The notes under the pieces are model-generated. The model saw nothing but the letters and a program-made list of their open reading frames with translations, was not told the DNA's origin and did not search any database. Position numbers and translations under genes: made by a program. From Elusimicrobiota bacterium (lineage in GTDB: Bacteria; Elusimicrobiota; Elusimicrobia; UBA1565; UBA9628), in assembly GCA_027319565.1 (NCBI GenBank), contig DAHVNA010000005.1, forward strand, positions 8,759 to 72,758: a stretch of DNA of 64,000 nucleotides, given 5' to 3'. This document shows, piece by piece, positions 9,919 through 20,610 of this stretch (positions are counted from its first letter, which is position 1; the number at the start of each line of letters is the position of its first letter).

Positions 9919-11446
9919 AGCCGCGCTTTTCTCCCTTGTGGGATTATCCCTATTTCCTATCAATGCGCGCGCTCAAATAAGCCCGCAAGTCATTCAAACG
10001 ATTCAGGAAGAAAAAAGGCGCCTTGAATCAAATCCACAGCTCATCAAGGCCCTAGCCAAAAGAATCTCCGACTCATCCATTGGAAATAAAATTTCTCTCT
10101 CAAAAAATAGTCTTGAGAGAACCAAAGAAATAGAGGCTTGGCTGCTCAAAAATCCCGAAGCGGGGGCCATTATCGCCTTGGGCATGGCCGAAGACGACGC
10201 TAACGGAAACCATGCCTTTGAAAACAGGATGAGTCAACAACTCAGCCAATTTGAGCCCAATCCCGGAGCGGTCCACAATGCTTATTACCGGCTTAAACGA
10301 GCCAGCCGAACCGAACGATCGATGCTTTCCGATAAAACCATGACTAATGAAGAGAGAGTAGAAATACTCAACAATCTCTTTGAGGGCCGCGGAAGCGGCT
10401 CAAAGGCCATCATTCGCCGGATGCAAAAAAGTTCTTCCAGCCAATCTCCAGCCACGACTTTGACGGGAAACTTCTATAACCGATTGAGCGCGTCCAACCT
10501 CTCCGGTTATTCGCCTAATGTCGCGGCGCTGCAAAGTCAAATGGCCAGGGAAAACGTTCCCGGCGCTCCGCCCTTGGTGGTCACAGGATACCTTGATGGC
10601 AAAACCCTCTCTTATCCCGCCTACGCAATGAAATTCGATCTGTCCAATCTCAAATCGCGCCTCACCCAGGAAGAATCTTTGGCCTTGGCTAAAGAGCTCG
10701 GAATTTCCATTTCCGAACAACAAGCGAAAGACCCCGCCACGCTTTCATCGTTATTAGAAAAAGCTCAAAGAAAAGGGGTTTTGCTTCCAAAAGATTTCCA
10801 GATTCAAATGGAAACGCTTTCTCGCGCTCAAAAGGCTATCGAAGCCTTTGAAAAATTCGCGCAACAAGCTCAAAATCCTAAAAAAATTACGTTAGGGTTT
10901 ATCGCTCAATTAGGCAATCTCCAAAGAGAGGCTTCCCGATGGATCAACGCGGCTTTTCTGGAAGAAGAAATCAGCCGCGTGCTTAAAGAAGAGAAAAGTC
11001 TTTCTCCCCAACTTAAAGAAGCGATCGCCGCTTGCCCTGTCTCCGCTCAGGAAAAAGGAGAATATCTCCAGCGCGGGCAAAATTTTTTCGAGAAACTCAA
11101 CGCCCTCAATTCAAGCGATTTCAAAGCCTTGACCGATCTTGTCAATCACTGGCCCCAAAAATCCAAGGAAGCCGATCATCTCATGCAAAAAAGCTCTCAA
11201 ATGAGACCGCATCTTTTTACGGATGTTGAAGATTTTGTCGCCGTCCCTTATCGCCTCGCTTCCCTTTCTCAACCGGAACCGCGCTGGAAAAGCTGGGTCA
11301 ACAAAATCGCCCGCAACTTCTTTTCATGGACCAGCTACGGCGAACAACTGAAAGCTTTGGATTCGCAAAGGAAAACCCTCAAAAATATTTTCTTAAGCAT
11401 CGCTATCGGAGACCAAACCGCCGCACGCCGAATGCTCAACCCTTAG
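9872..11446 (+). CDS. Hypothetical exported alpha-helical protein
   Basis: 524-aa ORF with a signal peptide ending ARA-Q; overlaps the upstream gene. Confidence 0.7.
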   Translation: MGFSRNTKTATSASFKAALFSLVGLSLFPINARAQISPQVIQTIQEEKRRLESNPQLIKALAKRISDSSIGNKISLSKNSLERTKEIEAWLLKNPEAGAIIALGMAEDDANGNHAFENRMSQQLSQFEPNPGAVHNAYYRLKRASRTERSMLSDKTMTNEERVEILNNLFEGRGSGSKAIIRRMQKSSSSQSPATTLTGNFYNRLSASNLSGYSPNVAALQSQMARENVPGAPPLVVTGYLDGKTLSYPAYAMKFDLSNLKSRLTQEESLALAKELGISISEQQAKDPATLSSLLEKAQRKGVLLPKDFQIQMETLSRAQKAIEAFEKFAQQAQNPKKITLGFIAQLGNLQREASRWINAAFLEEEISRVLKEEKSLSPQLKEAIAACPVSAQEKGEYLQRGQNFFEKLNALNSSDFKALTDLVNHWPQKSKEADHLMQKSSQMRPHLFTDVEDFVAVPYRLASLSQPEPRWKSWVNKIARNFFSWTSYGEQLKALDSQRKTLKNIFLSIAIGDQTAARRMLNP

Positions 11447-11457
11447 GGCATTTCCTC

Positions 11458-12129
11458 TTATTTGCAAGTCCCGGTCGCGACGCAAGCTTGCGGAGTCAAA
11501 TTAGTGCTTCCAACCGTTTGCGGCGAAGACCCCATTGAGCCCGCATTGGCGTTTGAATTAGGCTGGACATAGGTAGGATTGACTTTCTGCGCGTTTGCCG
11601 GGACATTAGGAATAACCACCGAAGATGGTTTCGGAGAGCTGGAAGAACGCGCCGGCGCGGAGCGCGCCGGAGGAGTATAAGCGGGAGCCGGAGAATAATA
11701 CGTTCCCGTAGGCGAGCGGTCGCCTCCGTAGCCGCCGCTTCCCCCGTTCATGGCCGAAGGCAACCCGACTGGGATAACGGGATGATAACCAGGAACAAAG
11801 GTTTTGGGAGACGAGGCGGGAGATATTTGAGGAAAAGACGGAACGACGGGCTTTGAATTTGAAGGCGAAGCCCCTTTCTGAGCTTGATTATTATTGGAAG
11901 CCCCTGCGGCGGCGGGATTACTCAAAGTCGGCATCATCCCTTGCGCGCCTCCAGAAGCGCTCGCGCTGGGATTTCCAAAAGGAGTTCCCTGAAGTTGCGG
12001 GAACGAAGACGGCTGCCCATTATTGGAATTGTTATTGTTTGAAGCCGGAACAAAGGTCTGGGAATATCCCGACGAAGAAAAAAGCGCGATAGTCCCCAAA
12101 ATCAGCCAAATCTTCCTAGCGTTTTCCAT
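11458..12129 (-). CDS. Hypothetical secreted low-complexity (Pro/Ser/Asn/Gly) protein
   Basis: GGAGG SD, signal peptide, disordered body, terminal Cys pair (CVATGTC). Confidence 0.65.
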   Translation of the reverse strand: MENARKIWLILGTIALFSSSGYSQTFVPASNNNNSNNGQPSSFPQLQGTPFGNPSASASGGAQGMMPTLSNPAAAGASNNNQAQKGASPSNSKPVVPSFPQISPASSPKTFVPGYHPVIPVGLPSAMNGGSGGYGGDRSPTGTYYSPAPAYTPPARSAPARSSSSPKPSSVVIPNVPANAQKVNPTYVQPNSNANAGSMGSSPQTVGSTNLTPQACVATGTCK

Positions 12130-12218
12130 TTCTGAACCCTCCCTATAAGTATAAACGCCTCAGCCGCTTTTTGCAAGCCCTTTCCCATTATTGTAAGATA
12201 AAGAAAAAGGAGTCTCTC

Positions 12219-12680
12219 ATGGCTATCGAAGAAACACTCGTTTTAATTAAACCGGATGGCAACAAACGCCGTCTGACCGGGCTAGTCATCGACCGCTTAG
12301 ACGCCTCCGGTCTTGAGCTGGTGGCCGCTAAAATGGTCTCTGTCTCTGAATCCTTGGCCAAGGAACATTACGCCCTTCTCAGCGATAAGCCCTTTTTCCC
12401 CAATTTAATCCGCTATATCCGCGGAGAATTTCACGGATTTAAAGATCATCGCATTTTAGCCTTGGTCTACAGAGGAGAAAACGCGATTAAGAAAACCCGC
12501 GAAGTGACTGGCGCAACCAACCCCGAACAAGCCGCGCCCGGCACCATTCGAGGCTCTTTTGGCCGCATCACCACCGACGGTCAATTTGAAAATGTGATTC
12601 ACGCCTCCGGAGACGCCGCCGACGCCGCAAGGGAAGTGGCGCTTTGGTTTAAGCCCGAGGAGATTTTACCGAGAGGATGA
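12219..12680 (+). CDS. ndk: Nucleoside diphosphate kinase
   Basis: Motifs TLVLIKPDG, GATNP, PGTIRG, NVIHAS; AGGAG SD before ATG 12219. Confidence 0.96.
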   Translation: MAIEETLVLIKPDGNKRRLTGLVIDRLDASGLELVAAKMVSVSESLAKEHYALLSDKPFFPNLIRYIRGEFHGFKDHRILALVYRGENAIKKTREVTGATNPEQAAPGTIRGSFGRITTDGQFENVIHASGDAADAAREVALWFKPEEILPRG

Positions 12681-13561
12681 AGATGAAGGTCCTTTTGCTT
12701 TTGTTCGGCTTGTTGACAGGGCTTCTTTTTAGCCAGGTCGTCCAACCCGTTTCCGCCCAGTCTCCCATTGTTCCCGGCCTCGACGCTTCGTTTAAAACCT
12801 CGGACGGCTGGACTTTGGACGCTAAATATATGCCCGCCCAAAAAGATGAGAGAACCGTTCTGCTTATCCACGGACGGGGTCAAAGCAAAGAACATTGGAT
12901 TTTACTTGCCGGCTATTTAAAAAACGCGGGACTGGGATATTTAGCGGTGGATTTAAGAGGCCATGGCGACAGTCTTTCGGGCCCGCAAGGAAACGAGTCT
13001 TGGCGCAAGTTTAGAGACACAAGAAGGGAAAATGATTTTGAGAATATGCGCTTTGACATCGACGCCGCGACCCAATATCTAAAGACTCAAGGAGTCGCTA
13101 TTAGTTCTATCGCCATCGTCGGCGATGAAGTCGGGGGCAGTCTCGCCCTCAAATACGCGGCTATTCACCCAGAAATTCCAATGGTGGTTTTGATCTCTCC
13201 GGGCCTTAATTACGAAGAAGTTTTAACCGTCAATGCCATGAGGGCCTATAAAAACCGGCCGGCGCTTCTAATCTACGCGGAAAGCGACCGCAAATCTTCT
13301 CACGAGGCTCCGCTTTTATACCAATTCGCGCGCTTATCGGCGGGCGACCAAAATGCGAGTTTGATCTCAATTCCAAATCTCAATGGCCGCAAAATCGCCT
13401 TCTACCGCCCCCTCGCGCAACAAATAGCCGATTGGATCAAAAATCCCGTCAAGATAGCGCCGCCGCCGGCGGTTTCCACTTCTACCGTGACATCGACCAT
13501 GATCTCAACCCAGGCTTCGAGCGTGGCCTTGTCCACCGGACCGACAAACACAAACCCTTGA
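12677..13561 (+). CDS. Exported alpha/beta-hydrolase-fold protein with atypical nucleophile elbow
   Basis: LLIHG and DLRGHGDS motifs; elbow reads GDEVGG. Confidence 0.8.
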   Translation: MKMKVLLLLFGLLTGLLFSQVVQPVSAQSPIVPGLDASFKTSDGWTLDAKYMPAQKDERTVLLIHGRGQSKEHWILLAGYLKNAGLGYLAVDLRGHGDSLSGPQGNESWRKFRDTRRENDFENMRFDIDAATQYLKTQGVAISSIAIVGDEVGGSLALKYAAIHPEIPMVVLISPGLNYEEVLTVNAMRAYKNRPALLIYAESDRKSSHEAPLLYQFARLSAGDQNASLISIPNLNGRKIAFYRPLAQQIADWIKNPVKIAPPPAVSTSTVTSTMISTQASSVALSTGPTNTNP

Positions 13562-14463
13562 GCTCTTTAGGCGCTCGATTTAAAATCTATTCCCGCCTCC
13601 CGACGGAAAAAGCGCCGCCTTATTCCAATATAGACCGAATGAAGCCTTTGGAAATCGCGTCTTTAATGAATAGAGAAGATGAAAAAGTGGTCTATGCGGT
13701 GCGAAAAAAGCTTCGCCAAATTTCCAAAGCCGCGGAAATTCTTCGGCAATGCCTGGCGAAAAAAGGGAGAATCTTTTTATTCGGCGCGGGAACCAGCGGA
13801 AGGCTTGGGGTTTTAGAAGCGGCGGAATGTCCCCCCACTTTCGGAACGCCTCGGAGTTTAATCCAGGCCGTCATCGCGGGCGGGAAAAGCGCGGTCTTTG
13901 CCTCTCATGAGGGAGCCGAAGATCTTCCCATCAAACCCGCTCTCCAAAAGCTTCTAACTCCACGAGACGCCGTAATCGGAATTGCCGCCAGCGGACTGAC
14001 GCCTTTTACCCGCTCGGCTCTTAAATTCGCGGGAAAACGCGGATGTCGGACTATTTTTTTAACCTGCAATCCCCAAGAGGGCCGCGAATCCGTGGCCGAA
14101 GCCGTCATCGCGCTAGACGTGGGTCCGGAAATCATTGCGGGGTCCACCCGCCTTAAAGCCGGAACCGCGACCAAAATCGCTCTTAACATGCTGACCACCA
14201 TCGCGATGGTGGGACTTGGAAAAACATATGGCCCGTGGATGGTGGATTTAAAGCCAATCTCCCGCAAGCTTAAACTAAGAGCCGTTCGAATCGTCTCGGA
14301 AATCACGCAAGCGCCTCCCGAGACCGCCGAGGAATTTTTAAACAAGGCTCGCGGAAACGCGAAACTGGCGATTTTAATGTTCAAAAAAAATCTCAGTCTC
14401 TCCCAGGCACGGCGAAAGCTCAATGCCTCAGACGGGTTTTTGCGCCGCGCGCTTAAAAATTAA
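13558..14463 (+). CDS. murQ: N-acetylmuramic acid 6-phosphate etherase
   Basis: Motifs GAGTSGRLGVLEAAECPPTF, GPEIIAGSTRLKAGTATK, MVDL; TTGA overlap with the upstream stop. Confidence 0.94.
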   Translation: MSSLGARFKIYSRLPTEKAPPYSNIDRMKPLEIASLMNREDEKVVYAVRKKLRQISKAAEILRQCLAKKGRIFLFGAGTSGRLGVLEAAECPPTFGTPRSLIQAVIAGGKSAVFASHEGAEDLPIKPALQKLLTPRDAVIGIAASGLTPFTRSALKFAGKRGCRTIFLTCNPQEGRESVAEAVIALDVGPEIIAGSTRLKAGTATKIALNMLTTIAMVGLGKTYGPWMVDLKPISRKLKLRAVRIVSEITQAPPETAEEFLNKARGNAKLAILMFKKNLSLSQARRKLNASDGFLRRALKN

Positions 14464-14735
14464 TTAGAAGGCGGCGGGGGCGCAACGACAGGAGAAGAAA
14501 CAGAATTTCCCTTTTTCCCCGAGAAATTCACTCGTGGCGCAAGGGGCACCGCGTGCTCTAAGGGCGGGTTTGAATTGTTTTGAAGCTTTGAAGTCATTTG
14601 AGCCGCGACAATTTTGCCAATTTCCCGTCCCATCGCTTCGCCTTCCCATCTCGGAATAGTGGGCAAGATAAACTTCTCAAAATAAATCCAACCCGCAACG
14701 GCGAGAACCAATAGAGGCAGAATATATTTTTTCAA
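14460..14735 (-). CDS. Small hypothetical membrane protein
   Basis: TTG start just after the rpoD stop; N-terminal TM helix. Confidence 0.5.
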   Translation of the reverse strand: MKKYILPLLVLAVAGWIYFEKFILPTIPRWEGEAMGREIGKIVAAQMTSKLQNNSNPPLEHAVPLAPRVNFSGKKGNSVSSPVVAPPPPSN

Positions 14736-14739
14736 AGTC

Positions 14740-16455
14740 TCATTCCATGTAGTCTTTGAGGAGTTTACTCCGGGATGGATGTCGAAGCTTTCGGATCGCC
14801 TTGGCCTCGATCTGGCGGACCCGCTCCCGAGTGACGCGGAAAAGCCGTCCCACTTCTTCCAGAGTCCTAGGGTACCCGGTGTCAATTCCGAAGCGCAATT
14901 TGACGATTTTAGCTTCCCGGTCGCTCAAGGTCGCCAAGACCTGCTCGATTTCTTTTTTCCTGAGAAAAGAAGCCGCCGAGTAAGACGCGGGGTGGCTGCT
15001 TTTATCCTCTAAAAATTCTTCGAGATAAGAATCGTCCTCTTCTCCGACCGGAGTAGACAGTGAAACCGGCTCTTGCATAATCTTAAGGACATTTTTAACC
15101 TTATCCATCGACAGATGCATGGATTTTGAATACTCTTCGACGGTGGGTTCCCGTCCATATTCCTGGCGATATTTCCTGGACACCTTGGTGAGCTTGGAAA
15201 TTAACTCTTTCATATGAACCGGAATGCGGATGGTCCGCGCCTGATCGGCAATTGCGCGGTTAATGGATTGTCGAATCCACCAGGTCGCGTAAGTGGAAAA
15301 TTTAAACCCGCGCTTATATTCAAATTTCTCGACCGCCTTCATCAGTCCCAAACCGCCTTCCTGGAACAAATCCGAAAGTTCAAGATTTGAGTTGACATGC
15401 TTTTTGGCGATGGAGACAACCAGCCTCAAGTTCGCCTTGATGAGCTTGAGTTTGTCGGTTAGAATCGTCTCTTCCAAGCGCACAATTTTATCGTCTAATT
15501 CTAAAAACCTCTCCACCGGAATCGGAAGGGTATTTTGAATGCGCTGAAGCCTTTCAACCACCGCCCCCATATTTTCAAGAGCGGCTTCGACCGCCGACGG
15601 AGCATAGCCGGTTTTGGCCTTAAACGCCGCTTCCGTCATCTTGCCGTTTTTAATCTGCTGGAAGTAATGCGTCAGTTCCTCATAACTAGCGCCGTATCTT
15701 TTTTTATAGCGCTCAATTTCATCATGGCACTCGCGAATCTTAGAGGCGAGATTTTTAACCTTGTTGGTCAAGCGCTTGATTTTATCCTGGTTCAGATCGA
15801 GGCTCAGGATTTTTTCAATGACCGCCTTATTTCTTTTCTCAATCGCCTTATTAATTTCGATGCGGTCTTTTTCCTTTAAATTCGGATTGTTGAGGCGAGA
15901 GCGCAAACCCGCCATCACTTTTTCCGATTCCGCGATAAAACGGGAAACGGTTTTCATTTTCTTTTTCATTCCGGCCAATTCCGAATCGGTCTTGCGTCCT
16001 CTCGGCATCAGTTCCTTGGGGGTCATCTCTTCTTGTTCGATTAAAGTTTCCCAACTGCGAATTTCGCGCATCGCCACCGGCGACTCCAAAACCAAAAGTC
16101 GCAGTTCCCGTTCTCTTTCCCGGACGTTTCTAGCCAAGGTCACTTCTTCTTCCCGGCTGAGAAGCGGCACTCTTCCCATTTCCGAGAGATACATTCGAAT
16201 CGAGTTCGACACGTCCGAAGAAGAGTTCCACTCTTCGCTAAAACGCTCTCGCTCGGGAGTCGAATCAGGCAGGGATTTTTTCTTGTCGACGACCTCTATC
16301 CCCAAATCCTCCAAGGTCGACATCAAATCGTCGACTTCTTCCGAACTGATATTGGCGGGCCCCAAGGTCCTGTTGATTTCATCGAGCGTCAAATACCCGT
16401 GGTTTTTTCCCATCTCGATTAGATTTTTTACCGCCTGACTCGCATGAATGGCCAT
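14740..16455 (-). CDS. rpoD: RNA polymerase primary sigma factor
   Basis: Region 1.1, [33 protein letters not shown]; follows dnaG. Confidence 0.98.
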   Translation of the reverse strand: MAIHASQAVKNLIEMGKNHGYLTLDEINRTLGPANISSEEVDDLMSTLEDLGIEVVDKKKSLPDSTPERERFSEEWNSSSDVSNSIRMYLSEMGRVPLLSREEEVTLARNVRERERELRLLVLESPVAMREIRSWETLIEQEEMTPKELMPRGRKTDSELAGMKKKMKTVSRFIAESEKVMAGLRSRLNNPNLKEKDRIEINKAIEKRNKAVIEKILSLDLNQDKIKRLTNKVKNLASKIRECHDEIERYKKRYGASYEELTHYFQQIKNGKMTEAAFKAKTGYAPSAVEAALENMGAVVERLQRIQNTLPIPVERFLELDDKIVRLEETILTDKLKLIKANLRLVVSIAKKHVNSNLELSDLFQEGGLGLMKAVEKFEYKRGFKFSTYATWWIRQSINRAIADQARTIRIPVHMKELISKLTKVSRKYRQEYGREPTVEEYSKSMHLSMDKVKNVLKIMQEPVSLSTPVGEEDDSYLEEFLEDKSSHPASYSAASFLRKKEIEQVLATLSDREAKIVKLRFGIDTGYPRTLEEVGRLFRVTRERVRQIEAKAIRKLRHPSRSKLLKDYME

Positions 16456-16457
16456 AA

Positions 16458-18215
16458 TTACCTGCTCCCTTTTAGTTCACAAAGTACTTTCTGATATTCT
16501 AGTCTTAGATCCGGATGCAACTCGCCCTCTTGTTGGGAATGAATGCGCCCCTCAAGCTCCTGAAGCCTCTCTTCAAGGCGCCGGCGGGTAAAAATGCGGT
16601 TAAGTTCTTGCTGCGGGTCTTCCCCTTCCATGCTTTCCGCAATCATCAATAGTTCGGAAGCTAAAGGCTTTGCCGGCCCCGCGCTTTCCAGCAACCGCGC
16701 GGGCCAGCCCGGCAAATGCGGTTCCACCGCCAAAAGAGCCTGCCAGGTAGCCTGGGCATCCGGAGAACGAAAATGGGTCTCATCGGCAATCGAAGCCAAG
16801 GACGGGTTTTTCATCATTAAACAAAGAACCTGCCGCTCAAAAGGGCTTGCCTCGACTTTGACCGGAGAGGTCTTCAACTCATCTCTTCCCCCATTGGGGT
16901 CATATGGCCGGCGAAAGCGAAATTTTTTATCCGCCTCTTTTTTAAATTCCATCCGCAAGGAATCTTCCGAAATTTGAAGCCTCTGGGACAAGGACCTCAG
17001 CCAGTCGGAGCGCAAAACCTCATCCGATGTTTTTGAAATCAAGGCGAAAACTTCATGGGCGACTTCGGATTTTTTGGATGAAGTCAGAGGCCCCTTTTGT
17101 CCGGACAAAAGGATTTCGGTTTTAAAAGCCGCCGGGTCCAGGGCTTTGTCCAAAAGGGCCTTAAAAGCCGCGGCGCCTTTTTCAATGAGGATTTCATCGG
17201 GGTCCTTGTCTTCCGGCAAGACGGCGATGCGAACGTCAATATCCTCGGGAAGTAAAATCTCGGCTGAGCGCAAGGCCGCCGTTCGCCCCGCCGAGTCGGG
17301 ATCAAAAGCGATGACCGTTTTGGCTCCGTAGCGCTTGATGGTTTTGGCGTGTTCGGAGGTGATCGCCGTTCCCAAGGGAGCGACGGCGGATTCGATTCCA
17401 TATTGATGCGCCATCAAGACGTCCAGGTAGCCTTCCATTAAAATTATTTCCCGATTTGAGCGAATAGAAGACAGGCCCTCAAAAACGCCATAGAGAATGC
17501 GACTCTTGGAAAACAGAAGAGATTCCGCGGAGTTAAGATATTTGGGCTGGATTTCGGAATTCAAAACTCGTCCGCCAAAGCCGACGACTCCCCCCTTGGA
17601 ATCCCGAATGGGAAAAAGAATCCGGCCGAAGAAAGAAGGCCTTAAGCGGCCATTGATTTTGACCGCGACCCCTGCGGAAAGAAGACGCGGCTCGGAAAAC
17701 CCTTTTTTTCTTGCCGCCTCTAAAAAAATGTTGGAGTCAGGGACAAAGCCTAATTGAAAACGCTCCAGGGACTCCTTGGAAACCTTGCGATTGGCCAGAT
17801 ACTTTCTGGCGGGCTCGGCGGCAGGCGAGCGGAGAAGCTCGCCGTGATAAAAAGAGGAAGCGAAATCAAGGATGGCCTTAAGCCCCATTTTTTCTTCGTA
17901 GTTTCGATCTTTCTTTTCCGATTGCACCAAGGGCACGCCGGTCTTAGCGGCCAATTTCTCCAGCGCCTCCGGAAAAGTTAAATTCTCGACTTTCATTAAA
18001 AAAGAAAACGCATCCCCCCCTTCTCCGCAGCCAAAGCAGTGAAATGTCTGCCTTTCGGGGCTGACGATAAAAGAGGGGGTTTTTTCGTTGTGAAAAGGGC
18101 ATAACCCCTTCAGATTCTTTCCGGAACGCTGAAGGTTTGGGACATAATCCGAGACAACGTCGGCAATATCCAACTTTAAACGAATTGCCTCAACTATATC
18201 GCCAGAAACACCCAC
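16458..18215 (-). CDS. dnaG: DNA primase
   Basis: Zn finger CPFH...CFGC, KYLNS, EGYLD, Toprim DPDSAG, KDPDE. Confidence 0.98.
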   Translation of the reverse strand: MGVSGDIVEAIRLKLDIADVVSDYVPNLQRSGKNLKGLCPFHNEKTPSFIVSPERQTFHCFGCGEGGDAFSFLMKVENLTFPEALEKLAAKTGVPLVQSEKKDRNYEEKMGLKAILDFASSFYHGELLRSPAAEPARKYLANRKVSKESLERFQLGFVPDSNIFLEAARKKGFSEPRLLSAGVAVKINGRLRPSFFGRILFPIRDSKGGVVGFGGRVLNSEIQPKYLNSAESLLFSKSRILYGVFEGLSSIRSNREIILMEGYLDVLMAHQYGIESAVAPLGTAITSEHAKTIKRYGAKTVIAFDPDSAGRTAALRSAEILLPEDIDVRIAVLPEDKDPDEILIEKGAAAFKALLDKALDPAAFKTEILLSGQKGPLTSSKKSEVAHEVFALISKTSDEVLRSDWLRSLSQRLQISEDSLRMEFKKEADKKFRFRRPYDPNGGRDELKTSPVKVEASPFERQVLCLMMKNPSLASIADETHFRSPDAQATWQALLAVEPHLPGWPARLLESAGPAKPLASELLMIAESMEGEDPQQELNRIFTRRRLEERLQELEGRIHSQQEGELHPDLRLEYQKVLCELKGSR

Positions 18216-18228
18216 TTTTCCCCCTGAC

Positions 18229-18426
18229 TTAAACAGTCTTTCGCCGTCTAGAACGCATCATCTTCCGTCTCGACTCCGCCGCCTTCATTTTCCGCTTTAA
18301 AGAAGGAGGGAGGTAGAATTCTCTGCGCTTAATCTCGCGAAGAACTCCGTTTTTTTCGCACTCGCGCTTAAAGCGCCGCAACGCATCGTCAACGCCTTCG
18401 CCTTCGCGTAATTTAACAAAAACCAT
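18229..18426 (-). CDS. rpsU: 30S ribosomal protein S21
   Basis: ALRRFKR...KRREFY..PS motif; GGAGGTG SD; rpsU-dnaG-rpoD order. Confidence 0.96.
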   Translation of the reverse strand: MVFVKLREGEGVDDALRRFKRECEKNGVLREIKRREFYLPPSLKRKMKAAESRRKMMRSRRRKTV

Positions 18427-18452
18427 GAATATTCACCTCCCTTTTCCCAAAA

Positions 18453-18791
18453 TCAACCCGGCGGCCATTGCATGGCCCTGCCGCCCATCAGATGATAATG
18501 CAAATGGTCCACGGTTTGCCCCGCCCCGACCCCGTTATTGGTCACGAGGCGAAACGAATCCAGGCCCAAGGACTCGGCGACACGCGCCGCCACTCTTTGC
18601 AAATGCCCCAGCAAAGCTCGGTCTCCATCGGTCGAAGCCGAAAGGCGCGCGATATGTTTTTTAGGAACGACTAAAACATGCGTCGGAGCCTTGGGATTAA
18701 TATCTTTAAATACCAGGGCTTCTCCATCTTCAAAAATAAACTGCGAAGGAATTTCTTTCGCGGCTATCTTACAGAATAGGCAGGAACCCAT
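18453..18791 (-). CDS. HIT family (HINT-like) nucleotide-binding protein
   Basis: CLFC, DINPKAPTHVLVVPK, GQTVDHLHYHLMGG. Confidence 0.95.
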   Translation of the reverse strand: MGSCLFCKIAAKEIPSQFIFEDGEALVFKDINPKAPTHVLVVPKKHIARLSASTDGDRALLGHLQRVAARVAESLGLDSFRLVTNNGVGAGQTVDHLHYHLMGGRAMQWPPG

Positions 18792-18868
18792 TGATTATCT
18801 TTATTATTATAGCCTTTCCAAGTCTCTTGCCGCAAGGCTATCGACAACAACCCATTGGATTGAAATTT

Positions 18869-19246
18869 TTAACTTCCGGCATTTCCCAACGATTTTCGCG
18901 CGCGCAAGCCCTTTCCATTGGCCCGGTACATAATAACATGAACTTTTTCGAGCGTCACAAGACCGTCTTGAACCATCGCGTCCAGATGCGGGAGAATTTT
19001 TTTTATCCTTTCTTCGCTGTCCACGATTTCGATGATGATGGGAAGATCCTCGGAGAGATCCAGGAACTTGGCCATATGGATATGGGCATTGCAGCCAAAG
19101 CCGAGAAACCCCTTTAAAACGGTCGCCCCGGCCATTCCCATTTTTCGCGCCTGATTGACAATGGCCTCATGAAGCGGAAGCCCTTCCCATTTGTCCTGTT
19201 CGCCGATGAAAATTCTCAGAAGCTTCTGCTCGCCTTCTAATTTCAT
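18869..19246 (-). CDS. DUF190 (PII-like) protein
   Basis: LLRIFIGE, GATVLKG, LSEDLPIIIEIVD; the usual crcB neighbour. Confidence 0.9.
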   Translation of the reverse strand: MKLEGEQKLLRIFIGEQDKWEGLPLHEAIVNQARKMGMAGATVLKGFLGFGCNAHIHMAKFLDLSEDLPIIIEIVDSEERIKKILPHLDAMVQDGLVTLEKVHVIMYRANGKGLRARKSLGNAGS

Positions 19247-19261
19247 AATTTCCCTCCGAAA

Positions 19262-19636
19262 CTAAGCCAGCGCGCCCAAATACGCGCCAACCTTAAACAA
19301 AATAAATCCAAAAACGCCGCTCGCCAAAAAATTGAGAAGCGCTCGAATCATTTCCCCATCTTGGGCTAAATTGGCTGTTTCCAAGATGAGCGTGGAAAAA
19401 GTCGTGTAAGCTCCGCAAAATCCCGTCATCAAAAACAACCTGGCATCGGGACCGATTAAGAAACGAACTTCCGAAAAGCTGTAAAATAGGCCGATCAAAA
19501 AGCAGCCGGAAACGTTGACGATAAATGTCCCGTAGGGAAAATCGGCGCCCGTGAACCGGTAAATCCAACCCGCCAGGAGATAGCGAGAAAATCCTCCCAG
19601 GACGCTGCCGACGGCTAAGCCGATCCATTTATTCAT
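19262..19636 (-). CDS. crcB: Fluoride efflux channel CrcB/FluC
   Basis: GGFSRY, PYGTFIVNVSG, TGFCGAYTTFST; start ATG 19636 downstream of the riboswitch terminator. Confidence 0.95.
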   Translation of the reverse strand: MNKWIGLAVGSVLGGFSRYLLAGWIYRFTGADFPYGTFIVNVSGCFLIGLFYSFSEVRFLIGPDARLFLMTGFCGAYTTFSTLILETANLAQDGEMIRALLNFLASGVFGFILFKVGAYLGALA

Positions 19637-19669
19637 AAAAAAACTCCCATCGATAAAATCGATAGGAGT
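19637..19669 (-). terminator. Intrinsic terminator forming the riboswitch expression platform
   Basis: Minus strand ACTCCTATCGAT-TTT-ATCGATGGGAGT followed by a T run. Confidence 0.85.
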
Positions 19670-19718
19670 CATCAGCCCCAAGCAAATCCGGAGCGGTTTA
19701 GGCGAACTCCATCGCCTG
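19662..19718 (-). ncRNA. Fluoride riboswitch (crcB motif)
   Basis: Minus strand GGCGATGGAGTTCGCC-TAAACCGC...GCTGATGACTCCTA; extended -10 TGATACAAT at 19726-19734; directly upstream of crcB. Confidence 0.93.
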
Positions 19719-19777
19719 TTTGTTCATTGTATCAAATTCAGCAAAATATAATTCCCTGAAAATTGGTCTCCTTAAAA

Positions 19778-20566
19778 TTATTGAAAGAGCCCGCACATCT
19801 TCGCGGCAAGGCCGTTAAAGGATTCCGCGCTGTCCTGAGAAACCCCAGAGGAAGCCGCAGTCTCCTGAAAAGACGCCAAGGTCTCATGAGAAGGGCGGAA
19901 ATCTCCTCCGCAAACCGCTAGCAGATACCGAGTGATGATAAAAGCGCTGTCTTTTTTCTCTTGTTTGGACAAGACCGATATTTTATCGGCATCTCCCGTT
20001 CCCATTCCCTCGGAACCCACGCCATTGGGAATATAGAATTGGCGCGGCAACTCTTTTGTTGAAGGAAGAACGCTTAAAAAAAGAGAAGAGGCAAGCCTGT
20101 CGCGAACTTGTAGAGCCTGCGTTAAATCCAGCGAACGATAAACTCCGGCTTCTCGTCCGTCTCCGCTCCCAAACATCGCGATGGTCAAAAGTTTTAAGGC
20201 CCGCAAGCGCCTCACATATTTTCCGTAATCCTGCACAAACTGGTTTTGAAGGTTGAGGCACTCAAGACCCTTTTCGCTTGACACCTCGGGACTCGGATTA
20301 AAACACTGAGCCTTCCCATCTTTAAGCTCTTTAAAAATTTCAGCATGGCGTTTATTGAGATCGCCCAAAAACGCGTCCAATCGCGGAATAAAAGAAGAGG
20401 CGTCGGCGTTTTGAAGATTCTTGGGAGAAGCGGTTTTTTGAAAATGCGCCGAGGTCTTAATTTCCCGCCAATTTTTCCACGCCTGGGAAAGTTCCTGGGA
20501 ATACGCCGCCTGAACGGAAACAAAAACCGCCAGAAACGCCGCCATCGCCGCCGTTTTATTTTTCAT
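19778..20566 (-). CDS. Hypothetical secreted protein
   Basis: AGGAG SD, signal peptide, four Cys. Confidence 0.7.
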   Translation of the reverse strand: MKNKTAAMAAFLAVFVSVQAAYSQELSQAWKNWREIKTSAHFQKTASPKNLQNADASSFIPRLDAFLGDLNKRHAEIFKELKDGKAQCFNPSPEVSSEKGLECLNLQNQFVQDYGKYVRRLRALKLLTIAMFGSGDGREAGVYRSLDLTQALQVRDRLASSLFLSVLPSTKELPRQFYIPNGVGSEGMGTGDADKISVLSKQEKKDSAFIITRYLLAVCGGDFRPSHETLASFQETAASSGVSQDSAESFNGLAAKMCGLFQ

Positions 20567-20610
20567 TTTTTCTCCTGATCCGACCTCATCTCAAATGCCG
20601 GACACTCCTT

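Noticed and set aside
15761..16438. Long antisense ORFs (this one opposite rpoD; also 50039-50743 and 52188-52988)
   Set aside because: Shadows of well-supported genes on the other strand, with no recognisable motifs.
19637..19681. N-terminal extension of CrcB given in the ORF track
   Set aside because: This stretch is the riboswitch and its terminator.
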